From Acutalibacteraceae bacterium (GTDB taxonomy: Bacteria > Bacillota > Clostridia > Oscillospirales > Acutalibacteraceae), in contig JAZREP010000015.1 in the NCBI GenBank assembly GCA_045660865.1, positions 28,266-60,265 of the forward strand: a stretch of 32,000 nucleotides of DNA, in the 5' to 3' direction. Under the pieces are notes generated by a model. That model was given only the letters and a program-made list of their open reading frames with translations, had not been told where the DNA came from and did not search any database. Below are positions 1-9,747 of this stretch, in pieces; the first letter of the stretch is position 1, and each line of letters starts with the position of its first letter. A program made the translations under genes and the position numbers.

Positions 1-376
1 TTTCTGCTTGATTAAGTAGTAGGTTTTCTTGTTTTTCGCAAACGTGCTTCATATAACCGCTGTAAGCACGCCTATCAATTTGGGCACGCAAACTATGAAC
101 CGCTGGACCTTTTCCGCGGTTTAACATACGGCTTTGCAGCATATTTTTATCGGCCGCTTTACCCATTTCACCGCCGAGCGCATCAATTTCTCGCACCAAG
201 TGGCCTTTTGCCGTACCGCCGATAGAAGGATTGCAGGGCATATTGCCCACCCAATCCAAATTGATTGTAAACATAACAGTTTTGCAACCCATACGGGAGG
301 CTGCTAACGCCGCCTCAATACCTGCATGGCCTGCACCGATTACTGCCACTTCAATTGTGTCTGCAAAAAAGCGCAC
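1..376 (-). CDS. mnmG: tRNA uridine 5-carboxymethylaminomethyl modification enzyme MnmG (GidA), N-terminal ~125 aa; the gene continues beyond the window start
   Basis: My own minus-strand translation from GTG at 376 gives [76 protein letters not shown]... This shows the FAD-binding GxGxAG motif and the MnmG signature [21 protein letters not shown]. It is absent from the ORF track because it is open at the window edge. It lies directly downstream of mnmE. Confidence 0.9.
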   Translation of the reverse strand, partial: MRFFADTIEVAVIGAGHAGIEAALAASRMGCKTVMFTINLDWVGNMPCNPSIGGTAKGHLVREIDALGGEMGKAADKNMLQSRMLNRGKGPAVHSLRAQIDRRAYSGYMKHVCEKQENLLLNQAE

Positions 377-384
377 AATACTAC

Positions 385-1749
385 CTACTTTCCAACACAA
401 AAATGTTTAAACACTTCATCTGCAACCGCATTGGTTACACGCTCGCCCGTTAATTCCATAAGTGCGGCTAAGGCGTCATCAATACAAACGCCGACCGCAT
501 CCAAGGTTAATTGTTCTTTCAAAGCATCCTTAGCCGATACAACCGATTGCATAGCTCGGTTAACGCAATTGTATTGGCGCTCGCCTGCTAAGACTACGCT
601 ATTTTCATCTAAACGGTTTAAGTAAAACTGCTCTTGTACCGCTTTTATGAGTTCATCAATACCTGTGCGGTTTTTAGCCGAAACTTCTACAATCGGGAAA
701 GTTTCATTTGATAAAAATGCTGTATTACCGCTGTTGCCTTTATCAATTTTATTTAATAAGACTATACACTTTTTATCACGGCATAAAGAAAGCACCTCTT
801 TATCCGCTTCGGTAAATTTCTCAGATGCATCAAATACCGCCAATACTAGTTCAGCAGTTTTTAAACGCTCTTTTGAGCGCTCAACACCGATTGACTCAAC
901 AATATCCTCAGTATCGTGCAAGCCTGCGGTATCGGCCAAACAGAGCTTGATGTCACCTAACATAACCGTTTCTTCAATAACATCACGGGTTGTGCCCGCA
1001 ATTTCGGTGACGATTGAACGAGATTGACCCGAAAGCAAGTTCATTAAAGTAGATTTGCCTACATTCGGCTTACCTACAATAACAGTATCTATACCGCTTT
1101 TATAAACCTTGCCTGCATCATAATTCTTTATAAGCTGTTCTAGTTGTGTTATAGCAGAGTTTAGTTCGGTTTCTAATAAATCTATACCGCTGAATTCCGG
1201 CTCCTCATCAGGATAGTCCGAGAAAACCGCAATACGTGCCGCAGAGTGAAGCAGACTGTCCTTAATAGCCGAAATTGCTTTAAAAATTGCGCCATCTTTA
1301 CCCTTTACGGCAAAATGCAACGCCTGTTCACCCGATGCCGATATAATATTTGCTACCGATTCGGCACGGCTTAAATCCAATTTACCGTTTAAAAAGGCAC
1401 GCTTTGTAAACTCGCCCGCCTGGGCAGGTACAGCCCCTGCGGCAAATACCGCGCGCAAAAGCCGTTTAACAACAAAACTGCCTCCGTGGCAGGAAAGTTC
1501 TATAACATCCTCACCAGTATAGCTTTTTGGGGCGGCAAATTTGAGCGCTACAACCTCATCAATTTTGCCGACATTATCATAAGCGGCACCGTAAAGAGCC
1601 GAATAACCGTTTATTTCGGTTAAAGTGCGGCCATCAAACGATTTAAACACCTTATCTGCCACAGATATTGCAAGTTCACCGGAAATACGGACAATACCTA
1701 TGCCGCCCTCACCCGACGGTGTGGAAACAGCTGCAATTGTTTCGGTCAC
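385..1749 (-). CDS. mnmE: tRNA modification GTPase MnmE (TrmE)
   Basis: ORF 385..1797. It has the [11 protein letters not shown]-loop, DTAG, NKID and the C-terminal FCVGK motif typical of MnmE. I place the start at GTG 1749 ([11 protein letters not shown]...), preceded by AAGGGAGGG. The 16 residues upstream in the ORF track are AT-rich leader, not protein. Confidence 0.93.
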   Translation of the reverse strand: MTETIAAVSTPSGEGGIGIVRISGELAISVADKVFKSFDGRTLTEINGYSALYGAAYDNVGKIDEVVALKFAAPKSYTGEDVIELSCHGGSFVVKRLLRAVFAAGAVPAQAGEFTKRAFLNGKLDLSRAESVANIISASGEQALHFAVKGKDGAIFKAISAIKDSLLHSAARIAVFSDYPDEEPEFSGIDLLETELNSAITQLEQLIKNYDAGKVYKSGIDTVIVGKPNVGKSTLMNLLSGQSRSIVTEIAGTTRDVIEETVMLGDIKLCLADTAGLHDTEDIVESIGVERSKERLKTAELVLAVFDASEKFTEADKEVLSLCRDKKCIVLLNKIDKGNSGNTAFLSNETFPIVEVSAKNRTGIDELIKAVQEQFYLNRLDENSVVLAGERQYNCVNRAMQSVVSAKDALKEQLTLDAVGVCIDDALAALMELTGERVTNAVADEVFKHFCVGK

Positions 1750-1788
1750 GCTCAACCCTCCCTTTATATAAATTATATATAAAATATA

Positions 1789-1831
1789 ATACCACAATCC
1801 TACTATAGTTGCAAGAAGCGGATTGTGGTAT
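1789..1831 (-). terminator. Putative intrinsic terminator after dnaJ (12-bp perfect stem, long 19-nt loop)
   Basis: ATACCACAATCC (1789-1800) pairs perfectly with GGATTGTGGTAT (1820-1831). On the minus strand it is followed by T/A-rich sequence. The long loop and broken T-run lower confidence. Confidence 0.45.
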
Positions 1832-1835
1832 TTAT

Positions 1836-2984
1836 TTAGTCTTCAAAGAAGTCTTTTAACTTTTCGAAAAATGATTTTCTATTTTTATAATTTTTGTCAT
1901 CTGTTATGTTTTCAAACTGCTTTAACAGTTCTTTTTGTTCCTTTGAAAGGTTTTTAGGTACCTCAACGTTTACCTTAACATACTGGTCACCCTTGCCACC
2001 GTAGTTAAGCCGCTGAATACCCTTGCCGCGCAGTTTAAACTCATCACCCGACTGTGTACCCTCATGAATGGTGAATTTAACCTTGCCGTCTAGGGTGGGA
2101 ACTGTTATTTCTGCGCCCAAGGCCGCCTGTGCAAAGGTTACGGGAATTTCACAGAAAACATCATAGCCCTCACGCACAAAAATCGGGTGCGGTCTTACTG
2201 CAACGTGGATATGCAAATCACCTGCGGGACCACCGTTTTTGCCTGCATCACCGCCGCCACGGAGATTGATAATCTGTCCGTCATCAATTCCTGCCGGAAT
2301 ATCAACAGTTTGCTGTTTTGTGCGGCGTACTCTACCCTTGCCTGCGCAGGTATGACAGGGTTTATCAATAATCTTACCTGTGCCTCGACAATGGTCACAA
2401 ACACGGGAGGTTTGCATTGCGCCAAAGGGTGTGCGCTGGGTGACCTGAATCTGTCCCGTACCGTGACAGGACGGACAGGTTTTAGGCTGGCTGCCTTTTT
2501 CTGCACCACTACCGCCACATTCAGCGCAATTTTCAACACGAGTGATGTTTATAGTCTTTTTACAGCCTTTTGCTGCCTCTTCAAAGGAAAGGTTAACCGT
2601 AGCCGATGTATCGGCGCCCTTTCTTGGTGCATTGGGGTTGGCAGAACGCCCACCGCCAAAACCGCCACCAAAGAAGGAACCGAAAATATCACCAAGGTCA
2701 CCGAAATCCCCAAAACCGCCAAAGCCGCCACCGGGGCCGCCCGCACCAAAGTTAGGGTCTACCCCTGCGTGACCGTATTGGTCATATCTTGCACGCTTGC
2801 CGGCATCTGAAAGCACCTCGTAAGCCTCATTGACCTGTTTGAACTTAACCTCAGCCTCTTTATTATCCGGGTTTAGGTCGGGGTGGTATTTTTTTGCGGC
2901 TTTTCGGTATGCCTTTTTTAATTCATCATCTGAAGCGCCTCGGTCTACACCAAGCACCTCATAATAATCTTGCTTTTCTGCCAA
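1836..2984 (-). CDS. dnaJ: Molecular chaperone DnaJ (Hsp40)
   Basis: J-domain with HPD (KKYHPDLNP), a G/F-rich linker, and four CxxCxGxG zinc-finger repeats ([32 protein letters not shown]). Confidence 0.97.
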   Translation of the reverse strand: MAEKQDYYEVLGVDRGASDDELKKAYRKAAKKYHPDLNPDNKEAEVKFKQVNEAYEVLSDAGKRARYDQYGHAGVDPNFGAGGPGGGFGGFGDFGDLGDIFGSFFGGGFGGGRSANPNAPRKGADTSATVNLSFEEAAKGCKKTINITRVENCAECGGSGAEKGSQPKTCPSCHGTGQIQVTQRTPFGAMQTSRVCDHCRGTGKIIDKPCHTCAGKGRVRRTKQQTVDIPAGIDDGQIINLRGGGDAGKNGGPAGDLHIHVAVRPHPIFVREGYDVFCEIPVTFAQAALGAEITVPTLDGKVKFTIHEGTQSGDEFKLRGKGIQRLNYGGKGDQYVKVNVEVPKNLSKEQKELLKQFENITDDKNYKNRKSFFEKLKDFFED

Positions 2985-3006
2985 TTACTGACACTCCTCA
3001 AATTGA

Positions 3007-4857
<1,851 letters not shown>

Positions 4858-4870
4858 TTATGTTTATTTA

Positions 4871-5368
4871 TTAGTTGGCGACCTGTACCATCGCTGTACG
4901 AATAACGGTGTCACCTAATTTATAACCTTTTTGTAAAACCAGGGCAATTACGTTTTCACCCAAATTTTCATCCTCAATATGCATTACTGCCTCGTGGAAA
5001 TTCGGGTCAAAGGTTTCCCCTACTTCACCGATAGCGGTAATTCCCAATTGATTCCCAAGCTCACAGAACTGCTTAACTATAAGTTCAATGCCTTTATTGT
5101 AATCATTACTGCCCGGCTCACACGCGGCGGCGCGGTCAACATTATCCAAAATCGGAAGCATCGGTTTAATCATTTGCGCTTTTGCATATTCTAAAGCGGC
5201 AATGCGCTCACGCTCGGTGCGTTTTTTATAGTTATCAAACTCTGCCGCTGTGCGAAGCAACATTTCCTTAGCCTCGGCAAGTTCTTTTTGCAGTTGTTCT
5301 AATTGTGTATTATCTTCTTTTTTAGCTTCAGCCTTTTTAGGCTCTTTCTTTGCGGTTTGATTAGCCAA
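4871..5368 (-). CDS. grpE: Nucleotide exchange factor GrpE
   Basis: Position between hrcA and dnaK. It has a coiled-coil N-terminus and the C-terminal GrpE beta domain (FDPNFHEAV...V.V). The TTG start is preceded by GGAGGAA, which lies in the last codons of hrcA. Confidence 0.93.
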   Translation of the reverse strand: MANQTAKKEPKKAEAKKEDNTQLEQLQKELAEAKEMLLRTAAEFDNYKKRTERERIAALEYAKAQMIKPMLPILDNVDRAAACEPGSNDYNKGIELIVKQFCELGNQLGITAIGEVGETFDPNFHEAVMHIEDENLGENVIALVLQKGYKLGDTVIRTAMVQVAN

Positions 5369-5370
5369 CT

Positions 5371-6360
5371 TTATTCCTCCATATCTATTATGGTCTGTTC
5401 CAAAATTGCACCCAGCTGTTCAGCAAAATACTGTATGCTCGGCAGCATTTGGCGGTACGCCATTCGTGTAGGTCCTATAACACCTATACGGCCTATTTCG
5501 TTATTACCCATACTGTAACGAGCAACAACCATATTTGTAGGCTTTAATTCATCTATGCCGGTAGTGTCACCGAATACTACATCTACCTTACCGCTGATTT
5601 CGGTTATGAACGGCAAAAGTGCGTTTTGCTTGTTTGCCAATCCATAAGCATCGCCACCGAATGAAATGTTTGCGTTTGCAATTTCATCAATCATATCAAA
5701 CACGGCTGAAAAAAGCGGAATAAGCGCCAAAGCAAACTCCCCTGCCGGTGCAGTAAGGCTTTGCAGTCCTACCACAGATAGTTCAGAAAGCGAATGACCT
5801 ACAACCATTGCAGATATTACTCTGTCAAAGCGGGCAATTAAAGCGGGAGATATATCCTCACTTGTGCGACAGAAACGGCTTTTTGCTACTCCGTCAGAGG
5901 ATACTAACAGTACAAGCAAGGTCCTGCGGCTCATAGGCAGTACTTCTACTCGGCGCACATAGGAGCTTTCACAGCCAACCGTTGCCAGCAAGGTGGTAAG
6001 ACCCGTGAAATTTGAAAGAAACTGTGCGGCAAGACCAGATATATGCACAGGGTCCTTAGCTGCCTCATAGAGCATATCATCTATTGCGGTACGTATTTTC
6101 TGCGGCGGCGCGGCAGGCTTTAACATAGTTTTAATGTAAAGCTCGTACGCCTTGTTGGTAGGAATACGACCTGCCGAGGTGTGAGGCTGTTGCAAATAAC
6201 CAAGCTCACACAACTCACTCATCTCATTGCGCAATGTTGCGGATGATAGCGAGGTACCAAGCACGGAACAAAGTGCTTTTGAGCCAATCGGCTCACCCGT
6301 TTCTATATACGAATTTATAATAGCCTCTAAAATGGCCTGTTTTCTTGCGCTAAGCTCCAT
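5371..6360 (-). CDS. hrcA: Heat-inducible transcriptional repressor HrcA
   Basis: N-terminal winged helix (LSARKQAILEAIINSYIETGEPIGSKAL). It is the first gene of the hrcA-grpE-dnaK-dnaJ operon and a CIRCE element lies immediately upstream. Start set at ATG 6360 (MELSARK), after GGGGTGGTG. Confidence 0.93.
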   Translation of the reverse strand: MELSARKQAILEAIINSYIETGEPIGSKALCSVLGTSLSSATLRNEMSELCELGYLQQPHTSAGRIPTNKAYELYIKTMLKPAAPPQKIRTAIDDMLYEAAKDPVHISGLAAQFLSNFTGLTTLLATVGCESSYVRRVEVLPMSRRTLLVLLVSSDGVAKSRFCRTSEDISPALIARFDRVISAMVVGHSLSELSVVGLQSLTAPAGEFALALIPLFSAVFDMIDEIANANISFGGDAYGLANKQNALLPFITEISGKVDVVFGDTTGIDELKPTNMVVARYSMGNNEIGRIGVIGPTRMAYRQMLPSIQYFAEQLGAILEQTIIDMEE

Positions 6361-6390
6361 ATTCACCACCCCGTTAGCCACTTTAAGCAC

Positions 6391-6417
6391 TTAGCACTCA
6401 GGCACTTCGAGTGCTAA
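6391..6417 (-). promoter_or_regulatory. CIRCE operator (HrcA binding site)
   Basis: TTAGCACTC-AGGCACTTC-GAGTGCTAA is an exact match to the consensus TTAGCACTC-N9-GAGTGCTAA. It sits 31 nt upstream of the hrcA start. Confidence 0.95.
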
Positions 6418-6426
6418 ACCGATAAT

Positions 6427-6455
6427 AATTTAACACAGAATTTTCCATTTGTCAA
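6427..6455 (-). promoter_or_regulatory. Putative sigma-A promoter of the hrcA operon
   Basis: Minus strand: TTGACA (6455-6450), 17-nt spacer, TAAATT (6432-6427). CIRCE begins about 10 nt downstream, the usual arrangement. Confidence 0.45.
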
Positions 6456-6516
6456 TAGAAAACACTTAAATTTCGCAAATATTTTTTGACTTTCTTTGAC
6501 CTTTGTGTTTTAGGTA

Positions 6517-6897
6517 TTAGAAAATGCTTTCAAGGCTAACCGAATTTGCAGTTTTTATATGGATAAACTGTATGCGTATAACCGCTATTTGATTAAGAAT
6601 ATCCTCCTTGGTTTCACTTGTTGCAAGGTCACTTATACCTCCTATATACTCCCCTGCACTTGAAAGGTCGGTATTGTCTAAAAAATAAGACAACCTTTTT
6701 TCATAAGTAACCCAAGTTTCCTCCATATTCCGTGCTAATTTTTTTGCTTTTTCAAAATCCTCATCATTACAGGTCTGTTCTAACAAATCAAGAGAGCTTA
6801 GCATTTTTGAACAACAATCATTCAAAAATTTATATTGTACAAAGCAGACTCCGATTACAACAGCCGTAAGCACTATTACCACAAAAAAGCGTTTCAT
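6517..6897 (-). CDS. DUF4363 family protein (N-terminal membrane anchor)
   Basis: 126 aa with an N-terminal TM helix (FFVVIVLTAVVIGVCFV) followed by a helical domain. Size, layout and position directly downstream of a DUF421 gene fit the DUF4363 partner commonly seen in Firmicutes. Confidence 0.6.
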   Translation of the reverse strand: MKRFFVVIVLTAVVIGVCFVQYKFLNDCCSKMLSSLDLLEQTCNDEDFEKAKKLARNMEETWVTYEKRLSYFLDNTDLSSAGEYIGGISDLATSETKEDILNQIAVIRIQFIHIKTANSVSLESIF

Positions 6898-6902
6898 AGC
6901 CT

Positions 6903-7571
6903 CTACTCCTTTTCAACAATGTTGTATTCGCCGTTTACATCTGCCGTCATTAAAAAAACGTCCTCTTTTGATAAGTTTTTACTTTTTAAAATTTCGGTCA
7001 ATTTATCCTTATCTAAGCCGGACAATCGCAAACCGTCACTTAAAATGTTTCCGTCGCTTATAATTAAAAATGCCATAGTATCCCCCCTGTTCGGTTCTTC
7101 TTGCAGTTGTGCCGTAATCGGCTGGTATTCGCATTTTGAGAGCACACTTAATTGCCCGTCGGTTTCAAGCACTGCATAGGACACCTCACTAACATCAAAA
7201 ATACCCTGTTCACGCAACAGTTCCAATAAATCGGGGACTGTTACCCTTAAATCTCTCATACTTTTCTGGTCAATTTTACCGTTTGCAATAAGTATTGCAG
7301 AGCGCCCGTTTATTATCTTGCGTGCGGGAAAATATTTCATGGTTATTACAGAGGTCAGCACCTCCATAATGACAAGCGAGAAAATTGCCACAATACCGAT
7401 TAAAATAGGTTGATTGCCGTTTTCTAAGGGTGTTGCCGCCGCCTCGGAAATGAGAATGGTGATAACTAATTCACCCGGTTGCATATCCCCTACCTGCCGC
7501 TTTCCCATAATGCGTATGGCAAGAATTACAATAGCATAAACGATTGCTGAACGAATAAATATAACAAACAT
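6903..7571 (-). CDS. DUF421 (YetF/YdfS/YkjA-like) membrane protein
   Basis: N-terminal TM region with the conserved GKRQxGxMxPxELVxxIxI motif (GKRQVGDMQPGELVITILI), followed by a soluble C-terminal domain. This is typical of the YetF family. Confidence 0.8.
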   Translation of the reverse strand: MFVIFIRSAIVYAIVILAIRIMGKRQVGDMQPGELVITILISEAAATPLENGNQPILIGIVAIFSLVIMEVLTSVITMKYFPARKIINGRSAILIANGKIDQKSMRDLRVTVPDLLELLREQGIFDVSEVSYAVLETDGQLSVLSKCEYQPITAQLQEEPNRGDTMAFLIISDGNILSDGLRLSGLDKDKLTEILKSKNLSKEDVFLMTADVNGEYNIVEKE

Positions 7572-7630
7572 ACATTACCTTCTAAATATATAGTGTTTTT
7601 ATTTTTTTATTAAAATGGCAAAATATACAT

Positions 7631-7678
7631 AAAAAACCCTTACGAGAGTTCTGCTTTCAACTCTTCGTAAGGGTTTTT
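7631..7678 (-). terminator. Intrinsic terminator after the SLOG gene (A6-stem-loop-T5, bidirectional shape)
   Basis: CCCTTACGAGAGTT (7637-7650) pairs with AACTCTTCGTAAGGG (7659-7673) with a one-base bulge. It is flanked by AAAAAA (7631-7636) and TTTTT (7674-7678). It lies 4 nt after the stop of the 7682..8071 gene. Confidence 0.8.
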
Positions 7679-7681
7679 GAC

Positions 7682-8071
7682 TTAATATGAATAATTATTC
7701 TTTGTTATATGTATTTTTTTAATTTTAACGGGTTTTCCGCACTCTTTGGCAAAGTCAATCATTGACTTTGTGCCCCTGCTTTTCTCGTCCCAAAAACAAA
7801 TTACATAGTCGCTGACTTCTGCCATTTGCTTATTCCGTATTGGCCCGGCACTCTTGCCGTGCGTTTCCCAATCGGCAGGGTATTTTTCAACCTTAAACCC
7901 GTTTTCTTTTGCATAGCGTTCGCCTATTGCATCCGCACCGCTTGCACAACCCGAAATAATAATTATATCGTTCTCTTTTCGAATGTTGGACAAACAAAAA
8001 TCAATATATTCTTTTGCCTCTTCATAATCGTTATAATCTCTGCATCCTGCAATTACAACACGTTTAATCAT
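7682..8071 (-). CDS. SLOG-superfamily protein, DUF2493-like
   Basis: 129 aa. Motifs: VVIAGCRDY, IIISGCASGADAIGERYAKENG, PADWETHGKSAGPIRNKQM and VICFWDEKSRGTKSMI. These match the GxxxGAD...PADW..HGxxAGPxRNxxM...FWDGxSRGT pattern of DUF2493 / SLOG Rossmann proteins. Confidence 0.7.
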   Translation of the reverse strand: MIKRVVIAGCRDYNDYEEAKEYIDFCLSNIRKENDIIIISGCASGADAIGERYAKENGFKVEKYPADWETHGKSAGPIRNKQMAEVSDYVICFWDEKSRGTKSMIDFAKECGKPVKIKKIHITKNNYSY

Positions 8072-8117
8072 AAATTCTTCCTTTTTATATGGGGTTTATA
8101 TCCCCTTAATATTTAAG

Positions 8118-8146
8118 ATTATAATCCCCATAATAATACTTGTCAA
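8118..8146 (-). promoter_or_regulatory. Consensus sigma-A promoter for the SLOG gene; its -10 is palindromic and shared with a divergent -10
   Basis: Minus strand: TTGACA (8146-8141), exactly 17 nt, TATAAT (8123-8118). The sequence ATTATAAT (8118-8125) is its own reverse complement, so it also reads TATAAT on the plus strand (8120-8125) toward the HTH gene. Confidence 0.7.
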
Positions 8147-8158
8147 GGGGGTAATCTA

Positions 8159-8362
8159 ATGATAGTGTTTGATAAACTGTGGGTTACTATGAAGAAAAAA
8201 GGCTTCTCTACTTATAAATTAAGAGAACAATGTGGAATTGATAGCAAAACAATACGAAGACTAAAAGCAAACGAAAATATAGAAACCAAAACGTTAGATA
8301 AATTATGCCATGCATTAAACTGTCAACTTGAAGATATTGCAGAATTTGTAAAAGAAAATTAG
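8159..8362 (+). CDS. Small Cro/C1 (Xre)-type helix-turn-helix transcriptional regulator
   Basis: 67 aa. FDKLWVTMKKKGFSTYKLREQCGIDSKTIRRLKANENIETKTLDKLCHALNCQLEDIAEF matches the HTH_26-like short regulator pattern. RBS AGGGGG lies 7 nt upstream of the ATG. Confidence 0.8.
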   Translation: MIVFDKLWVTMKKKGFSTYKLREQCGIDSKTIRRLKANENIETKTLDKLCHALNCQLEDIAEFVKEN

Positions 8363-8366
8363 AAAC

Positions 8367-8398
8367 AAAGGACTTGGGGAAATTTCTCCAAGTCCTTT
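8367..8398. terminator. Bidirectional terminator hairpin between the convergent HTH and alcohol dehydrogenase genes
   Basis: AAAGGACTTGG (8367-8377) pairs with CCAAGTCCTTT (8388-8398). The stem extends by G-C and A-T pairs to a 4-nt loop. Confidence 0.6.
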
Positions 8399-8433
8399 AA
8401 TTATACAAAATAAATTTCTTATTTGCAAATAAC

Positions 8434-9579
8434 TTACCAAAGATTACGATAAATCTGCATAACAGCTTCTTTATCCGGTGTTCTTGGGTTAGTTGCTGTA
8501 CAAGCATCTGCTAAAGCAGCTTCTGCCATAGCTTCAACTTTACTCATATAGTCATTTACAGAGATTGTGCCGATTTCGGAAATTTTTGCAGGAATACCCA
8601 TATCCTGATTCATAAACTGAATCCACTGGATTAAGGAGCGAACGCTCATAACCTTGTTATAGCTGCTTAAACCAAGTGTATGCGCAATTGTGCAATATCT
8701 CTTAACTGACGGATGATATTCGGACTGAGAATGACTGTCTTTATGTATATCTGCGTTGTATTCAATAATGTGCGGTAATAACATTGCATTCGCACGTCCA
8801 TGCGGAATATGGAAGTTTGCACCCAGCTGATGAGCCATACCGTGAGTAAGACCTAAAGAGGCTGAGTTAAAAGCAATTCCTGCCAAACAGGACGCTACGT
8901 GCATTTTCTGTCTTGCGTGAGTGTCATCACCGTTTAAATATGCTCTAAGTAAGAATACGCCAATGATTTCAACCGATTTTTCAGCCAAAGCTGCCGAGAA
9001 TTCGTTATGGTTAGTACTTACATAAGCCTCAATAGCGTGTGTTAATACGTCCATACCTGTATCGGCAGTGATTGCCGGCGGTACACTTTTAACAAGCTCC
9101 GCATCCAAAATAGCCTCCTCCGCTGTAAGGGAGTCGGATACTAACGGATGTTTAACCTTTGCTACTGTGTCATTAACTACAGCAAAAGATGTAACCTCAG
9201 AACCTGTTCCGCTGGTTGTAGGAATAGCAATTAAAGCAACATCTGCATATTGATTGGTCTTTAAAGCAAATTCACGAATGGCTTTTGAAGAGTCAATAGC
9301 AGAACCACCGCCTACCGAAACGATAACATCAGGCTGGTATTCCAACATTTTCTTAACACCGATAATAATTTTATCAACCGGTGCATCAGCAACTACATCG
9401 TGGAAAATGTCATAAGCTTTGCCGGATTTTTCCAAAGGCTCTGTAATCAATTTAATCATCGGACCGTTTGCAATGAAAGGGTCAGTAATAACCAAGACAC
9501 GCTTGTACGGCATTTGCGCAAGACGTTCAAGGGCATTATCACCAAAATGAATTTTAGTTTTAAGCTCAAATGATTTCAT
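8434..9579 (-). CDS. Iron-containing (group III) alcohol dehydrogenase
   Basis: 381 aa. It has the GGGSAIDSSKAI nucleotide-binding motif and the metal-binding His cluster (HGMAHQLG...HIPHGRANA) typical of the Fe-ADH / PduQ / EutG family. Confidence 0.9.
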   Translation of the reverse strand: MKSFELKTKIHFGDNALERLAQMPYKRVLVITDPFIANGPMIKLITEPLEKSGKAYDIFHDVVADAPVDKIIIGVKKMLEYQPDVIVSVGGGSAIDSSKAIREFALKTNQYADVALIAIPTTSGTGSEVTSFAVVNDTVAKVKHPLVSDSLTAEEAILDAELVKSVPPAITADTGMDVLTHAIEAYVSTNHNEFSAALAEKSVEIIGVFLLRAYLNGDDTHARQKMHVASCLAGIAFNSASLGLTHGMAHQLGANFHIPHGRANAMLLPHIIEYNADIHKDSHSQSEYHPSVKRYCTIAHTLGLSSYNKVMSVRSLIQWIQFMNQDMGIPAKISEIGTISVNDYMSKVEAMAEAALADACTATNPRTPDKEAVMQIYRNLW

Positions 9580-9614
9580 ACTAATTCCTTTCCACTGCTT
9601 AAATCTCTTTATTT

Positions 9615-9643
9615 ATAATATACCTATTTTGTATAGGTGTCAA
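9615..9643 (-). promoter_or_regulatory. Sigma-A promoter of the alcohol dehydrogenase gene, with palindromes in the spacer and over the -35
   Basis: Minus strand: TTGACA (9643-9638), 17 nt, TATTAT (9620-9615). It is overlapped by the inverted repeats ACCTAT-N5-ATAGGT (9622-9638) and TTGTAT-N8-ATACAA (9629-9648). Confidence 0.65.
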
Positions 9644-9666
9644 TACAAATAAACTTATTATAGTGT

Positions 9667-9714
9667 AAAAAATTAGACACATCATAGTAAAAATACTTAG
9701 AATGATGTGTCTAA
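9667..9714 (-). terminator. Intrinsic terminator of the NifU-like/GGGtGRT operon
   Basis: Perfect 13-bp stem: TTAGACACATCAT (9673-9685) pairs with ATGATGTGTCTAA (9702-9714). On the minus strand it is followed by TTTTTT (plus-strand A-run 9667-9672). It lies 33 nt after the stop codon. Confidence 0.8.
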
Positions 9715-9747
9715 TATTACTTTTTATAAAATGTAGCCTAAATCGGT

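Noticed and set aside
326-1027. Plus-strand ORFs 326-625 and 647-1027
   Set aside because: They are antisense to the clearly conserved mnmG/mnmE genes. They are low-complexity Ser/Thr-rich translations with no RBS.
1750-1797. N-terminal extensions given by the ORF track, for example MWYYILYIIYIKGGLS on mnmE. Similar extensions occur on dnaK, hrcA, the NifU-like gene, polyprenyl synthase, Gx transporter, yidC, jag and the aldo/keto reductase.
   Set aside because: The extensions run through AT-rich leader or the upstream gene and contain the actual Shine-Dalgarno sequence. Conserved N-termini begin at the internal starts that I report.
2187-2810. A long plus-strand ORF (207 aa), plus a Pro/Lys-rich 76-aa ORF (2542-2772), antisense to dnaJ
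   Set aside because: They mirror the Gly/Phe-rich and Cys-rich regions of dnaJ. GGN/TTY codons read as Pro/Lys-rich sequence on the other strand. Neither has an RBS or recognisable domains, and dnaJ on the minus strand is unambiguous.
9629-9648. Calling the adh promoter palindrome a Rex box
   Set aside because: The arms resemble Rex half-sites (TTGT...ACAA), but the element is 20 bp rather than the 18-bp TTGTTAA-N4-TTAACAA consensus and the inner positions differ. I report it only as an unassigned operator-like palindrome.
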